Shown: piece after piece, positions 30,001 through 41,049 of the stretch
Layout: each line of letters begins with the position of its first letter
Position numbering within the stretch: position 1 is the first letter of the stretch
Source: Eledone cirrhosa
Lineage: Eukaryota
Direction: 5' to 3'
Assembly: GCA_964016885.1 (NCBI GenBank)
Contig: OZ024740.1
Coordinates: 20,212,001 to 20,276,000 of the forward strand
Length of the DNA: 64,000 bases
Made by a program: the position numbers and the translations under genes
Notes under the pieces: model-generated
The model's input: the letters and a program-made list of their open reading frames with translations, nothing else
What the model was told of the DNA's origin: nothing
The model's database searches: none

Positions 30001-32667
30001 TTGTGACAAGGCTGTCTACCACCGCATCCCTTCGCAACAGTTTGCGACAAGGCTGTCTACCACCTCATCCCTTCACAACAGTTTGTGACAAGGCTGTCTA
30101 CCACCTCATCCCTTCACAACAGTTTGTGACAAGGCTGTCTACCACCGCACCGCTTCGCAAGAGTTTGCGACAAGACTGTCTACCACCGCATCCCTTCGCA
30201 ACAGTTTGTGACAAGGCTGTCTACCACCGCATCCCTTCGCAACAGTTTGCGACAAGGCTGTCTACCACCTCATCCCTTCACAACAGTTTGTGACAAGGCT
30301 GTCTACCACCTCATCCCTTCACAACAGTTTGTGACAAGGCTGTCTACCACCGCATCCCTTCGCAACAGTTTGCGACAAGGCTGTCTACCACCTCATCCCT
30401 TCACAACAGTTTGTGACAAGGCTGTCTACCACCGCATCCCTTCACAACAGTTTGTGACAAGGCTGTCTACCACCTCATCCCTTCACAACAGTTTGTGACA
30501 AGGCTGTCTACCACCTCATCCCTTCACAACAGTTTGTGACAAGGCTGTCTACCACCTCATCCCTTCACAACAGTTTGTGACAAGGCTGTCTACCACCGCA
30601 TCCCTTCGCAACAGTTTGCGACAAGGCTGTCTACCACCTCATCCCTTCACAACAGTTTGCGACAAGGCTGTCTACCACCGCATCCCTTCGCAACAGTTTG
30701 CGACAAGGCTGTCTACCACCTCATCCCTTCACAACAGTTTGCGACAAGGCTGTCTACCACCTCATCCCTTCACAACAGTTTGTGACAAGGCTGTCTACCA
30801 CCTCATCCCTTCACAACAGTTTGCGACAAGGCTGTCTACCACCTCATCCCTTCACAACAGTTTGTGACAAGGCTGTCTACCACCGCATCCCTTCGCAACA
30901 GTTTGCGACAAGGCTGTCTACCACCTCATCCCTTCACAACAGTTTGTGACAAGGCTGTCTACCACCGCATCCCTTCGCAACAGTTTGCGACAAGGCTGTC
31001 TACCACCTCATCCCTTCACAACAGTTTGTGACAAGGCTGTCTACCACCGCATCCCTTGACAACAGTTTGTGACAAGGCTGTCTACCACCTCATCCCTTCA
31101 CAACAGTTTGTGACAAGGCTGTCTACCACCTCATCCCTTCACAACAGTTTGTGACAAGGCTGTCTACCACCTCATCCCTTCACAACAGTTTGTGACAAGG
31201 CTGTCTACCACCGCATCCCTTCGCAACAGTTTGCGACAAGGCTGTCTACCACCTCATCCCTTCACAACAGTTTGCGACAAGGCTGTCTACCACCGCATCC
31301 CTTCGCAACAGTTTGCGACAAGGCTGTCTACCACCTCATCCCTTCACAACAGTTTGCGACAAGGCTGTCTACCACCTCATCCCTTCACAACAGTTTGTGA
31401 CAAGGCTGTCTACCACCTCATCCCTTCACAACAGTTTGCGACAAGGCTGTCTACCACCTCATCCCTTCACAACAGTTTGTGACAAGGCTGTCTACCACCG
31501 CATCCCTTCGCAACAGTTTGCGACAAGGCTGTCTACCACCTCATCCCTTCACAACAGTTTGTGACAAGGCTGTCTACCACCTCATCCCTTCACAACAGTT
31601 TGTGACAAGGCTGTCTACCACCTCATCCCTTCACAACAGTTTGTGACAAGGCTATCTACCACCTCATCCCTTCACAACAGTTTGTGACAAGGCTGTCTAC
31701 CACCTCATCCCTTCACAACAGTTTGTGACAAGGCTGTCTACCACCTCATCCCTTCACAACAGTTTGTGACAAGGCTGTCTACCACCTCATCCCTTCACAA
31801 CAGTTTGTGACAAGACTGTCTACCACCTCATCCCTTCACAACAGTTTGTGACAAGGCTGTCTACCACCTCATCCCTTCACAACAGTTTGTGACAAGGCTG
31901 TCTACCACCTCATCCCTTCAAAACAGTTTGTGACAAGGCTGTCTACCACCTCATCCCTTCACAACAGTTTGTGACAAGGCTGTCTACCACCTCATCCCTT
32001 CACAACAGTTTGTGACAAGGCTGTCTACCACCTCATCCCTTCACAACAGTTTGTGACAAGGCTGTCTACCACCGCATCCCTTCGCAACAGTTTGTGACAA
32101 GGCTGTCTACCACCGCATCCCTTCGCAACAGTTTGTGACAAGGCTGTCTACCACCTCATCCCTTCACAACAGTTTGTGACAAGGCTGTCTACCACCTCAT
32201 CCCTTCACAACAGTTTGTGACAAGGCTGTCTACCACCTCATCCCTTCACAACAGTTTGTGACAAGGCTGTCTGCCACCTCATCCCTTCACAACAGTTTGC
32301 GACAAGGCTGTCTACCACCTCATCCCTTCACAACAGTTTGTGACAAGGCTGTCTGCCACCTCATCCCTTCACAACAGTTTGTGACAAGGCTGTCTACCAC
32401 CTCATCCCTTCACAACAGTTTGTGACAAGGCTGTCTACCACCTCATCCCTTCACAACAGTTTGTGACAAGGCTGTCTGCCACCTCATCCCTTCACAACAG
32501 TTTGCGACAAGGCTGTCTACCACCTCATCCCTTCACAACAGTTTGTGACAAGGCTGTCTGCCACCTCATCCCTTCACAACAGTTTGCGACAAGGCTGTCT
32601 ACCACCTCATCCCTTCACAACAGTTTGCAACAAGGCTGTCTACCATCTCATCCCTTCACAACAGTTT
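1..32667. repeat. 41-bp tandem satellite, ~800 copies, truncated by the left window edge
   Basis: Monomer CACAACAGTTTGTGA(A/C)AAG(A/G)CTGTCTACCACC(T/G)CATCCCTT repeats head-to-tail with no spacers until ...cacaacagttt|aatattc at 32667. Variation is confined to a handful of positions. Confidence 0.99.
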
Positions 32668-32788
32668 AATATTCTACACTGCAAATGTGTTAAAACTCTA
32701 ATTTCTAAGTTCGAATTTTCCGAAACTCTCGATGCTAAACCACATGAAACTATTTTTGGTTCTCTGATATAAAACATTTTATTTTAAA

Positions 32789-32827
32789 GTGTGTGAGAGA
32801 GAGAGAGAGTGTGTGTGTGTGTGTGTG
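32789..32827. repeat. (GT)n(GA)n(GT)n compound microsatellite
   Basis: gtgtgt-gagagagagagaga-gtgtgtgtgt... read directly. Confidence 0.9.
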
Positions 32828-32880
32828 AACCTTCCATTATAATTGTATATAAAAATGTTATTATATTGGCTTAATAATGA

Positions 32881-33100
32881 TTTCTACAATAGGTACAAAG
32901 CCAACAATTTTGGGGGACAGTAAAGTCGATTAAATCGACCCAGTGTGTTACTGGTACTTTATTTTATCAAGCCCATAAGGATGAAAGGCAAAGCTAACCA
33001 TAGCAGGACTTGAACTCAGAAGATAAAGGGCCGTAACTCTGTGCCACAATGCATGTTGTCCGACACTCTACCAGTACTGCCAATCCACCGCTCTCACACA
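32881..33100 (-). mobile_element. tRNA-derived SINE (CORE-like, octopus type) with 12-bp target-site duplication
   Basis: Minus strand has an A-box-like TGGCAGTACTGG, a B-box GAGTTCAAGTCC (plus ggacttgaactc ~33005-33016) and the central gcctttcatcctt...gataaaataaagtaccag block. It is flanked by GCTTAATAATGA at 32869-32880 and 33101-33112. Related copies occur at 59420-59812. Family name is from recall. Confidence 0.8.
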
Positions 33101-33574
33101 GCTTAATAATGAGATAGTTAAATCTCTCCAAATTATTGATTATTTTCAAAATCATTTGAAAATCATAGGCAGTGTTTTATTTGGAATAAATGAAAGGGTT
33201 AACTGGCTTACAAAATATATGGGTTTTCTTTTCCTTATTTTTTCTTGTCTTCCTTTTCACACACAGTCATCCCCTGGACTTCTCCACGATCATCCATCTA
33301 CCCCTATCATTCCCTCCACCCCTCTCACAGTCATTCTCTTTGGCTTTCACATCGCTCCCTCCACCTCCTCCAGTCATTCCCACATCTTCCACAATTCACT
33401 CTGGCTCTCTCTATCTCACTATCTCTCTCTCCCCCTCTCTCTTCCCTGTCCTGTCAACTCTTTCATGCTTCTCTCATTCATCTCCCCACCCCACGTCACT
33501 GTTTCTCTACCTTCACTAGAGAGAGAGCATACAAAGTAGGTGCAGTGTAGTGTGTCAGTGTGCATTCTGTGATG

Positions 33575-33830
33575 CACTACCACCACCTTCGTGCCACCAT
33601 CCCATTGTATCACCCCCACCACCACTCCATACTGCCACCACCTCTCCTTCCACTATCAACCCCCCCCCCCCCCCCCACTATCCCCACACATCACGCCATA
33701 GTGTCACCCCCTCCCCTATCACCCCACCACTCCCTAGGGTGTCACCCCTATCACCCCACGACCACCTCCACAGTCCTCCCACCATCACTCTACAGTGCCC
33801 CCCCCCCAACCATTCCATCAACTGATTTCA
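33575..33830. repeat. C-rich/CCA low-complexity tract
   Basis: Poly-C runs and cacc/ccca motifs; its ORFs are compositionally biased. Confidence 0.75.
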
Positions 33831-33919
33831 CAGTTCTTTGATGTTGGAATCATATGAAAGACAAACCTCTGTATATTTAAAACAGATTCTGTTAGTGTCA
33901 ACCTTGTAGAGAGGCGAGA

Positions 33920-35121
33920 GGTGGTGGGGGGGGGGGTATTGTTATTGATGGTGGTGGTGGTGAAGGCAATGATGGTGGTGGTGATAATGATTGTGGTGGT
34001 GGTGAAGGCAATGATGGTGGTTGTGATAATGATAGTGGTGGTGGTGGTGAAGGCAATGATGGTGGTGGTGATGATTGTGGTGGTGGTGGTGGTGAAGGCA
34101 ATGATGGTGGTTGTGATAATGATTGTGGTGGTGGTGGTGGTGAAGGCAATGATGGTGGTGGTGATAATGATTGTGGTGGTGGTGGTGGTTGTGATAACGA
34201 TAGTGGTGGTTGTGGTGGTAATGATGGTGGTTGTGATAATGATAGTGATAGTGGTGGTGGTGGTGGTGGTGAAGGCAATAATGGTGGTTGTGATAATGAT
34301 AGTGGTGGTGGTGGTGGTTGTGATAACGATAGTGGTGGTTGTGGTGGTAATGATGGTGGTTGTGATAATGATAGTGATGGTGGTGGTGGAAGTGGTGAAG
34401 GCAATGATGGTGGTTGTGATAATGATAGTGGTGGTGGTGGTGGTTGTGATAATGATAGTGGTGGTGGTGGTGGTTGTGATGGTGGTTGTGATAATGATAG
34501 TGGTGGTGGTGGTGGTGATTGTGGTGGTAATGATGGTGGTTGTGATAATGATAGTGATAGTGGTGGTGGTGGTGAAGGCAATGATGGTGGTTGTGATAAT
34601 GATAGTGGTGGTGGTGGGGATGGTGCCAATGATGGTGGTAATGGTGGCAGTGGTTGTAGTTGTGATAATAGTAGCAGTAGTAGTAGTGGTGGCAGGAGTG
34701 ATTGTAAAGGTGGTGATGATGATGATGGTGGTAGTGGCAGTGTTTTGGTATGTTTGTAGTTGTGATAATAATAATGGTTGTAGTAGTGGTGGTTATGGTG
34801 GTAGTAGTGGTGGTGGTGGTGGTTTTGGTGGTAGTAGTGGTGGTTATGGTGGTAGTAGTGGCGGTGGTGGTGGTAGTAGTGGTGATGGTAGTAGTGATAG
34901 TAGTGATGGTGGTGGTGGTGATAGTAGTGATGGTAGTAGTGATGGTAGTAGTGGTGGTGGTGGTAGTAGTGGTGGTTATGGTGGTAGTAGTGATGGTGGT
35001 AGTGGCTGTAAGGATGATGATGGCAGCAGTGGTTGTGATTTGGTGCGCTTGTACTTATGATAATGGTTGTAGTAGTGGTGGTTATGGTGGTAGTAGTGAT
35101 GGTGGTTATGGTGGTAGTAGT
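33920..35121. repeat. (GGT/GAT/AGT)n degenerate trinucleotide tract with ~40-50-bp higher-order unit
   Basis: The unit ggtgaaggcaatgatggtggttgtgataatgatagtggtggt recurs. The tract resumes at 37814 after the inserted element. Confidence 0.9.
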
Positions 35122-35701
35122 TTTAGCAGTATTGGTTATAGAGTAGTCGCCACTTTAGCAGGGTGGTAGAATCAGTGGTCGTTACTTTAACAGGGTAGAT
35201 GATTGAAGGTCGTTAGTTGCCAGTGTGGTAAGTGATAGTATCCTCGTTGGATTATCTTGTTGACATAGACATGAGGGAAGGTCCGTCGATCTATTTTCCA
35301 TCTATTTACAATATTCCTTTCATCAGGTCGCCAATTCCAGCAGCATGGATTAAAGATGTTATTGAGACACGAGTAACATAACGATTTCAACAGCAGTAAT
35401 TAGAGATGAAATGTATGTTTATTTATATGGTTGAAGTTACAGATAAAAAGAGGTTACAAAAGGGAATGTGCCATTGCGCCGTTAAGCCGGCGAGGCTAGG
35501 GGTGCAATATCTCACCGTTACATTATGCGTGTTGCTGGCTCGAAGTTTCTGGTACAAGAGAGAGATTCTTCAAATCTTCGCGGGGAATTTCTTCCTCAGG
35601 GCGCGTAGGGATACATCCTCTTCTACTGGCGCTGATTGGCTGAACTGAGCCAAATCACGCACAGAGAATGTATGTGAGCCCGCGGAATGTAGGTCACTAC
35701 A
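35122..35701 (-). repeat. Terminal direct repeat copy 1 (580 bp; putative 3' LTR)
   Basis: Differs from copy 2 by about 8 substitutions, a 23-bp indel and a 3-bp indel (counted by eye). Minus strand has a CCAAT box (cagccaatcagc) and TATAAATAAA. Confidence 0.9.
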
Positions 35702-37253
35702 TCACCTCCGACCAGATTTTCAGCGGAAAATCGATAACGAAGAAACCAAGGACCCACATATTATTGAATCAGCAAGAACAAATGCTGAAAGAGCACATCA
35801 GTGAAAAAATAATTGAGCAGAAGGTTGCATGCAAGAACAAAAAATGAGGCGCTACGGGCCGTGTTGAGCCGCTGTGTCAAATGACCAGTTGTTTTGTCTA
35901 ATAAAAAACGGATAAAGTCTGACATGGGCGAAGTTGCTGTTCTTGCATTAAATGTTAATGGTAAGCGTTGTACCAGTAGCTGTGAAAGAAGCTATTATGG
36001 TAGTTTACCAGTGCTGGCGAGAAAATGATGGCCCCCAGATGTATTGTCGAATGTGCTGTGGAGCCAGGAAAAAATGGCTGGTTGCCTTGTAAAGAAAAAA
36101 AGGCAAGTTTGACCTGTAGGTGGGTTGCAGTGTAAATTCCATAATTCGGGCGAATCCACAGAAGTGGCTGAAATATTGACAAGTCCAGTTCAATGTGTTG
36201 CTTTCCCAGCGAGTCGGGCAAAAACAACAAGACAGAGGCCGTCATGGACGATCAGTGTGCAACGAGATGCGAAGCTGTTTGAGTTCAGCTGCAATTAGTA
36301 TTCTCGTGTTGCGGTGCCTGTTTGAATCCAGTGGATTAAGCTCTGAGAGCTGCTAGCATGTGACAGCATCTCAACCAGGTGAAAAGGGACTCGCAGAATA
36401 TTACGCTTGAAGAACATATACCAAGAACAACATGTTGGTGTGTGATAAAAAAAATGTGTGCATATGCAGGCATGTAAAACAGCAAAGAATGTGAATGAAC
36501 AAAAACCATGAGCGAACAAATAGCAAAAGAGCACAAAACAAGTAAATGCATTCTACAAAGAAATATGTGAATGTAACAAACTGATAATTCAAAGTCAATC
36601 TAGGGGAGCAGAGAAATTGCTCAATAAGTTCAAAGTTTTTCAAAGTCAAATAGTTCACACATCACCAGTGTACATACACTAGTTCTATCTGAAAACTGAA
36701 AAAGAAGTTTGTTAATGCCGTTAGGGGTTAGATGTATGGTGTTTTTGTGAGATTTCGTGGCCATTTTACCGTCCCGCCACATGGTTGTGTTGCTTATTGT
36801 TAAAGCAAAGTCAAAGAATCTTCTGTAGAGTAGGAGTCACCAAATATGGCAGCCACGTCTGACGCCATAATGGTGAGAAAACTACTGTCTCAATTTCTCG
36901 AGTCCCTGTGGTAACGAGACAGAAGGTATGGTGGTTGCGTCGGTAAAGTTACAAGCCGTTTTGAAATTTCCGATGTGTGGTGGTTGGCGTCGGTAAGGTT
37001 ATGAAGCTGCCACTCACTGTTCCCCGTATTGGTCAGTAATTAAACAACGCTGTCGCTGCTGCTGTTGTTGTTGTTGGTAGCCATCTTGAAATTTTTTTGT
37101 GGCGAAAAAGTTTTTGAAATATTGTTAATTTTTCAAAAATCTTAAAAGGAATATTTTTTTATTTTCGCAAGTTGCGACGTGGCAATAAAAGTTAAACTGA
37201 ATGAACAAGAAGGGCTGCGTTAAATTTTTAATTCGGTCACCACTTTAGCTGTC

Positions 37254-37813
37254 TTTAGCAGTATTAGCAGGGTGGTAGAATCAGTGGTCGTTACTTTAAC
37301 AGGGTAGATGATTGAAGGTCGTTAATTGCCAGTGTGGTAAGTGATAGTATCCTCGTTGGATTATCTTGTTGACATAGACGTGAGGGAAGGTCCCTCGATC
37401 TATTTTCCATCTATTTACAATATTCCTTTCGTCAGGTCGGCAATTCCAGCAGCAGGGATTAAAGATGTTATTGAGACACGAGTAACATAACAACGATTTC
37501 AACAGCAGTAATTAGAGATGAAATGTATGTTTATTTATATGGTTGAAGTTACAGATAAAAAGAGGTTACAAAAGGGAATGTGCCATTGCGCCGTTAAGCC
37601 GGCGAGGCTAGGGGTGCAATATCTCACTGTTACATTATGCGTGTTGCTGGCTCGAAGTTTCTGGTACAAGAGAGAGATTCTTCAAATCTTCGCGGGGAAT
37701 TTCTTCCTCAGGGCGCGTAGGGATACATCCTCTTCTACTGGCGCTGATTGGCTGAACTGAGCCAAATCACGCACAGAGAATGTATGTGAGCCTGCGGAAT
37801 GTAGGTCACTACA
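37254..37813 (-). repeat. Terminal direct repeat copy 2 (560 bp; putative 5' LTR)
   Basis: Near-identical to 35122-35701, which gives the duplicated short ORFs at 35406/37518 and 35187/37296. Confidence 0.9.
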
Positions 37814-38160
37814 TAGTGATGGTGGTGGTGGTTATGGTGGTAGTAGTGATGGTAGTAGTGGTGGTTATGGTGGTAGTAGTGATGGTAGTAGTGGTGGTGG
37901 TAGTGGCTGTAAGGATGATGATGATGGCAGCAGTGGTTGTGTTTTGGTGTGTTTGTAGTTATGATAATGGTTGTAGTAGTGGTGATGGTGGTGGTAGTAG
38001 TGTTGGTGGTGGTTATGGTGGTAGTAGTAAAGGTGGTGGTGGTTGTAAGGATGGTAATGATGATGGTAGTGGTTGTTTTGGTATGCTTGCTGGTAAGAAG
38101 GAAGATGCTGGGGATAGTGATGTAACAGTGATCTCTTTTTAGTTGGTGGTGGTGGTCATA
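37814..38160. repeat. Continuation of GGT/AGT low-complexity tract
   Basis: Same motifs as 34750-35121 (ggctgtaaggatgatgatggcagcagtggttgt; gtttgtagtt..gataat). Confidence 0.85.
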
Positions 38161-38254
38161 GTAAGAAGCTTATTATGGTGATGTAAATATTGATAATAAG
38201 AATAGAAGTGTTGTTGTTGTTAGCCATGGTGTACAGTTGGTAGTTATGGTGGTG

Positions 38255-38677
38255 TTAACCTTTCCATTACCATATTTCTAATGACAGACACTGCCTATGA
38301 TTTTTAAAGAGATTTAGTAATATAACTAACTTTCTTACCATCTCTCTGGTGTTTGGAACATAACTTAACAGATGTTGCATAAAACTAGATAAATATATGT
38401 GGCCGTGTAGGTAACATGGAAAAAGTTCCCAGTCCACACTGTAAATGTGGTTGGTGTTAGGAAGGGCATCCAGCCGTAGAAAACCTGCCAGACAGTTCTA
38501 TATGAGCGAGACACGGTCACCCGACCAATCTTGCCTCAAGTGGCACAACGCCCGTCTAACCCATGCTAGCGTGGAAGATAGACGTTAAACGATGATGATG
38601 ATGATGACTTTAAAATAAACCACTTTGCATTGTAGAACGAGGGTCAGTTTTAGGAAGTTCCATATCAAAATCTTTAA
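38255..38677. mobile_element. Possible decayed TTAA-flanked MITE interrupted by an RTE-tail retroposon
   Basis: Begins ttaacctttccattacc and ends tatcaaaatctttaa. The ends only weakly resemble TTAACCCTTT...AAAGGGTTAA termini. Confidence 0.3.
38397..38607 (+). mobile_element. 5'-truncated RTE-related retroposon 3' end with (GAT)n tail
   Basis: Homologous to 42554-42759 (atgtggccgtgtagg...ggttggtgttaggaagggcatccagc.gtagaaaacc...cccgtc.aacccatgc...gttaaacgatgatgat). Confidence 0.8.
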
Positions 38678-39144
38678 TAAATGTGGTAAGGATATTGGTA
38701 ATGGTGGAGGTGATATGATGTTGGTCATGGTAGAGTCCCCCTCCTCCCTCTATATCTTTATAGTTTAACTGTTACACTCCAGTTGTCTCTCCTTGTTTCC
38801 ACATCTCATTATTGATGATGCTTGCTGAGGTATTGATGGTGGAGTTGGTTATGATGATGATGATGATGGTGGTGGCGGCAGCGAGCTATTTCTTTTTGAT
38901 TTTTTCCTGATGGTTTATTTATAGCTGAATGGTTCCTCCACCACCACCATCACCTCATCACTAGACCTGTTGACTTCAGTAGCTACAAAATTCACCCTCC
39001 CTCCTCTCACACCATCTTCCATTCCTTTATAATGTAGACCTTTCTTGTTTTGCATTAATGTTGTTGCTATATGCCCCCCCCCTCCCCTGCAATGATTTCC
39101 TGGTTCATAGTTAACTTCCACAATATTCTTATGCCCATCCCTCC

Positions 39145-39340
39145 CCTGTGTGTGTGTGTGTACATGTACTTAAATTCATACATACATAGACTGAAACCTG
39201 CACACATTCATACATGTATACATACACAATACATTACACACATACACACACATTTGCTCATATATACATATGCATAAACACAAATGCACACACAACATGC
39301 ACATTCTAACACACACACATATGCATATATACATATAAGA
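39145..39340. repeat. (GT)n / (CA,TA)n degenerate dinucleotide tract
   Basis: tgtgtgtg followed by catacacac/atatac runs. Confidence 0.7.
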
Positions 39341-39587
39341 GTTAAACAATATTCAATGAGTATATCAAAGAGTGAGTTTTACAGTAGATTGGAAGCACTC
39401 TATGAAAAATAATTTTCCAGAGTTATTAATATTAAAATACAAATATTAATAAAATACCTAATATATCCATATAAACTTCCATATATCATTCTATACATAA
39501 TTTTTAGTTAAATTTATTGATTATCATTTATTTTGAACTATGAATAATCAATGCATTTACTCCCTTTTATATATACGTATATATATG

Positions 39588-40964
39588 GGGAAGAGTACAA
39601 CAGATGCCCTCTTCTTGGTGAGACAGGGAAGAGTACAACAGATGCCTTCTTCTTGGTGAGACAATTGCAAGAGAGGTTCTTAGAGAAGAATAAGCCACTA
39701 TACTTAGCCTTTGTTGACCTAGAGAAGGCCTTTGATAGGGTACCCCGATCTGTCATCTGGTGGTCCCTAAGGAAGCTAGGTGTTGAATGGTTTGTGAGGA
39801 CAGTGCAAACTTTGTACAGAGGTACTCTCAGTAAAGTCAGGGTAGGAATGGAGTTTAGTGAGGAATTCCAGATACAAGTAGGAGTACATCAGGGTTCGGT
39901 CCTCAGCCCGCTCTTGTTCATTATAGTCCTCCAAGCCATAACAGAGGAGTTTAAGACTGGCTGTCCATGGGAACTTCTCTATGCTGACGATCTGGTTCTT
40001 ATAGCAGAATCAGTAGAGGAGCTAGAGAATAAATTCTGGCTATGGAAACAGCAGTTGGAAGCAAGAGGACTGAGAGTGAATCTAGCTAAGATAAAAGTGT
40101 TGATGAGTAGAAAAGAGGACAAAACCCTGATTCCGCCAGGGAAATGGCCATGTTCGATATGCAGAAAAGGAACTGGCATAAATTCTATAAAATGCACACA
40201 ATGCAGATCCTGAGTACACAAGAGATGTAGCGGGATAGCAGGCAAACTAACAGGTAGGGAGAAATATGTATGCAGTCGATGTACAGGGAAATTAGACAGT
40301 AGAAGTCGCATTGATAGACACATTTTTCAAATGCAGGAGGGCGCTATAGAAGTTTTGGATAGCTTCCGGTACCTAGGAGATCAGATTAGCATGGGGGGTG
40401 GGGGTGTTCCGAGGCCATAGTATCTAGAATAAGGACGGGTTGGAAGAAGTTTAGGGAGCTGCTTCCTCTGTTGACGAAGAAGGGTTTCTCCCTGCGTACG
40501 AAAGGCCGGTTGTATGATGCCTGTGTGAGGAGCGCGATGCTGCATGGTAGTGAGACATGGGCAGCAACTGCAGAGGATATGCGACGGCTGGAGAGAAATG
40601 AGGCCAGCATGCTCCGTTGGATGTGCAGTGTAAATGTGCGTGAACGACCCAGCATAAATGTGTTGAGAGAGAAACTGTGTCTGAGAGGGATAGAATGTAG
40701 TGTACGGGAGAGGAGACTGAGGTGGTATGGAGGATGACCGATGGGTGAAGAAGTGCCAGGAATTGCCAGTTGAAGGAAGACGTGGTAGAGGTAGACCACG
40801 AAAAACATGGGCGGAGGTGGTGAGAACAGACCTCAGATCATTGAAGCTCACGGTGGAGATGACGAGGGACCGTGACGAGTGGAGAGATGCTGTGCTGAAT
40901 AAGACCCGTCCCACCCTTGCAAGCAGGGAAAAGCGGACGTAAAATAAATGCTGATGATGATGAT
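39588..40964 (+). mobile_element. 5'-truncated, decayed RTE-clade LINE
   Basis: RT motifs GKSTTDA, AFVDLEKAFDRVPR, GVHQGSVLSPLLF and LLYADDLVL. C-terminal RTE motifs include GRLYDACVRSAMLHGSETW, RRLRWYG and GRRGRGRPRKTW...DRDEWR. It ends in a (GAT)n tail. Confidence 0.95.
39626..40942 (+). pseudogene. RTE reverse transcriptase ORF remnant with Cys/His zinc-finger-like insertion
   Basis: In-frame TGA at 40211-40213 within CTQCRS*VHKRC, plus frameshifts near 40330-40420 and 40730. Confidence 0.9.
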
Positions 40965-41049
40965 TTAACCTTAGCATGCCTAAATCTATTATCTTATTTT
41001 TATTTTTATTTTCCTCAAATATACAGGCTCATTTATATATATATATATA

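Larger units (their letters stand above)
35122..37813 (-). mobile_element. Non-coding LTR-type element (2.7 kb) with long direct terminal repeats
   Basis: Direct repeats 35122-35701 and 37254-37813. The minus strand begins TGTAG. Candidate 4-bp TSD TAGT (35118-35121 / 37814-37817). Purine-rich GGAGGTGA abuts the downstream repeat, and PBS-like TGGTGACCG lies at 37242-37234. The ~1.55-kb interior has no recognisable gag/pol. Confidence 0.65.

Noticed and set aside
1-32667. CRISPR array (palindromic ~40-bp repeats)
   Set aside because: No unique spacers, no cas genes, and a eukaryotic context; it is a head-to-tail satellite.
2222-32772. Short ORFs in the 41-bp array
   Set aside because: They arise only where an indel or the TGA-to-CGA variant removes the periodic stop; starts are mostly non-ATG and there is no domain similarity.
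33898-35169. Extensin-like Pro/Ser ORF (-) and poly-Val/Gly ORFs (+)
   Set aside because: Translations of a trinucleotide tract that is open in several frames and is split by a transposon.
35290-35345. CUGAUGA...GAAA on the minus strand of the direct repeats (CUGACGA in copy 2), suggesting an LTR retrozyme
   Set aside because: The intervening aaggaauauuguaaauagaug forms no helix II, and no consistent helix I/III could be built; at most a decayed motif.
35187-37760. Duplicated 67-80-aa ORFs as a gene pair
   Set aside because: They are chance ORFs within the two terminal repeats.
40381-40977. 198-aa minus-strand ORF and other antisense ORFs over the LINEs
   Set aside because: Shadow frames of the retrotransposon coding sequence with no independent motifs.
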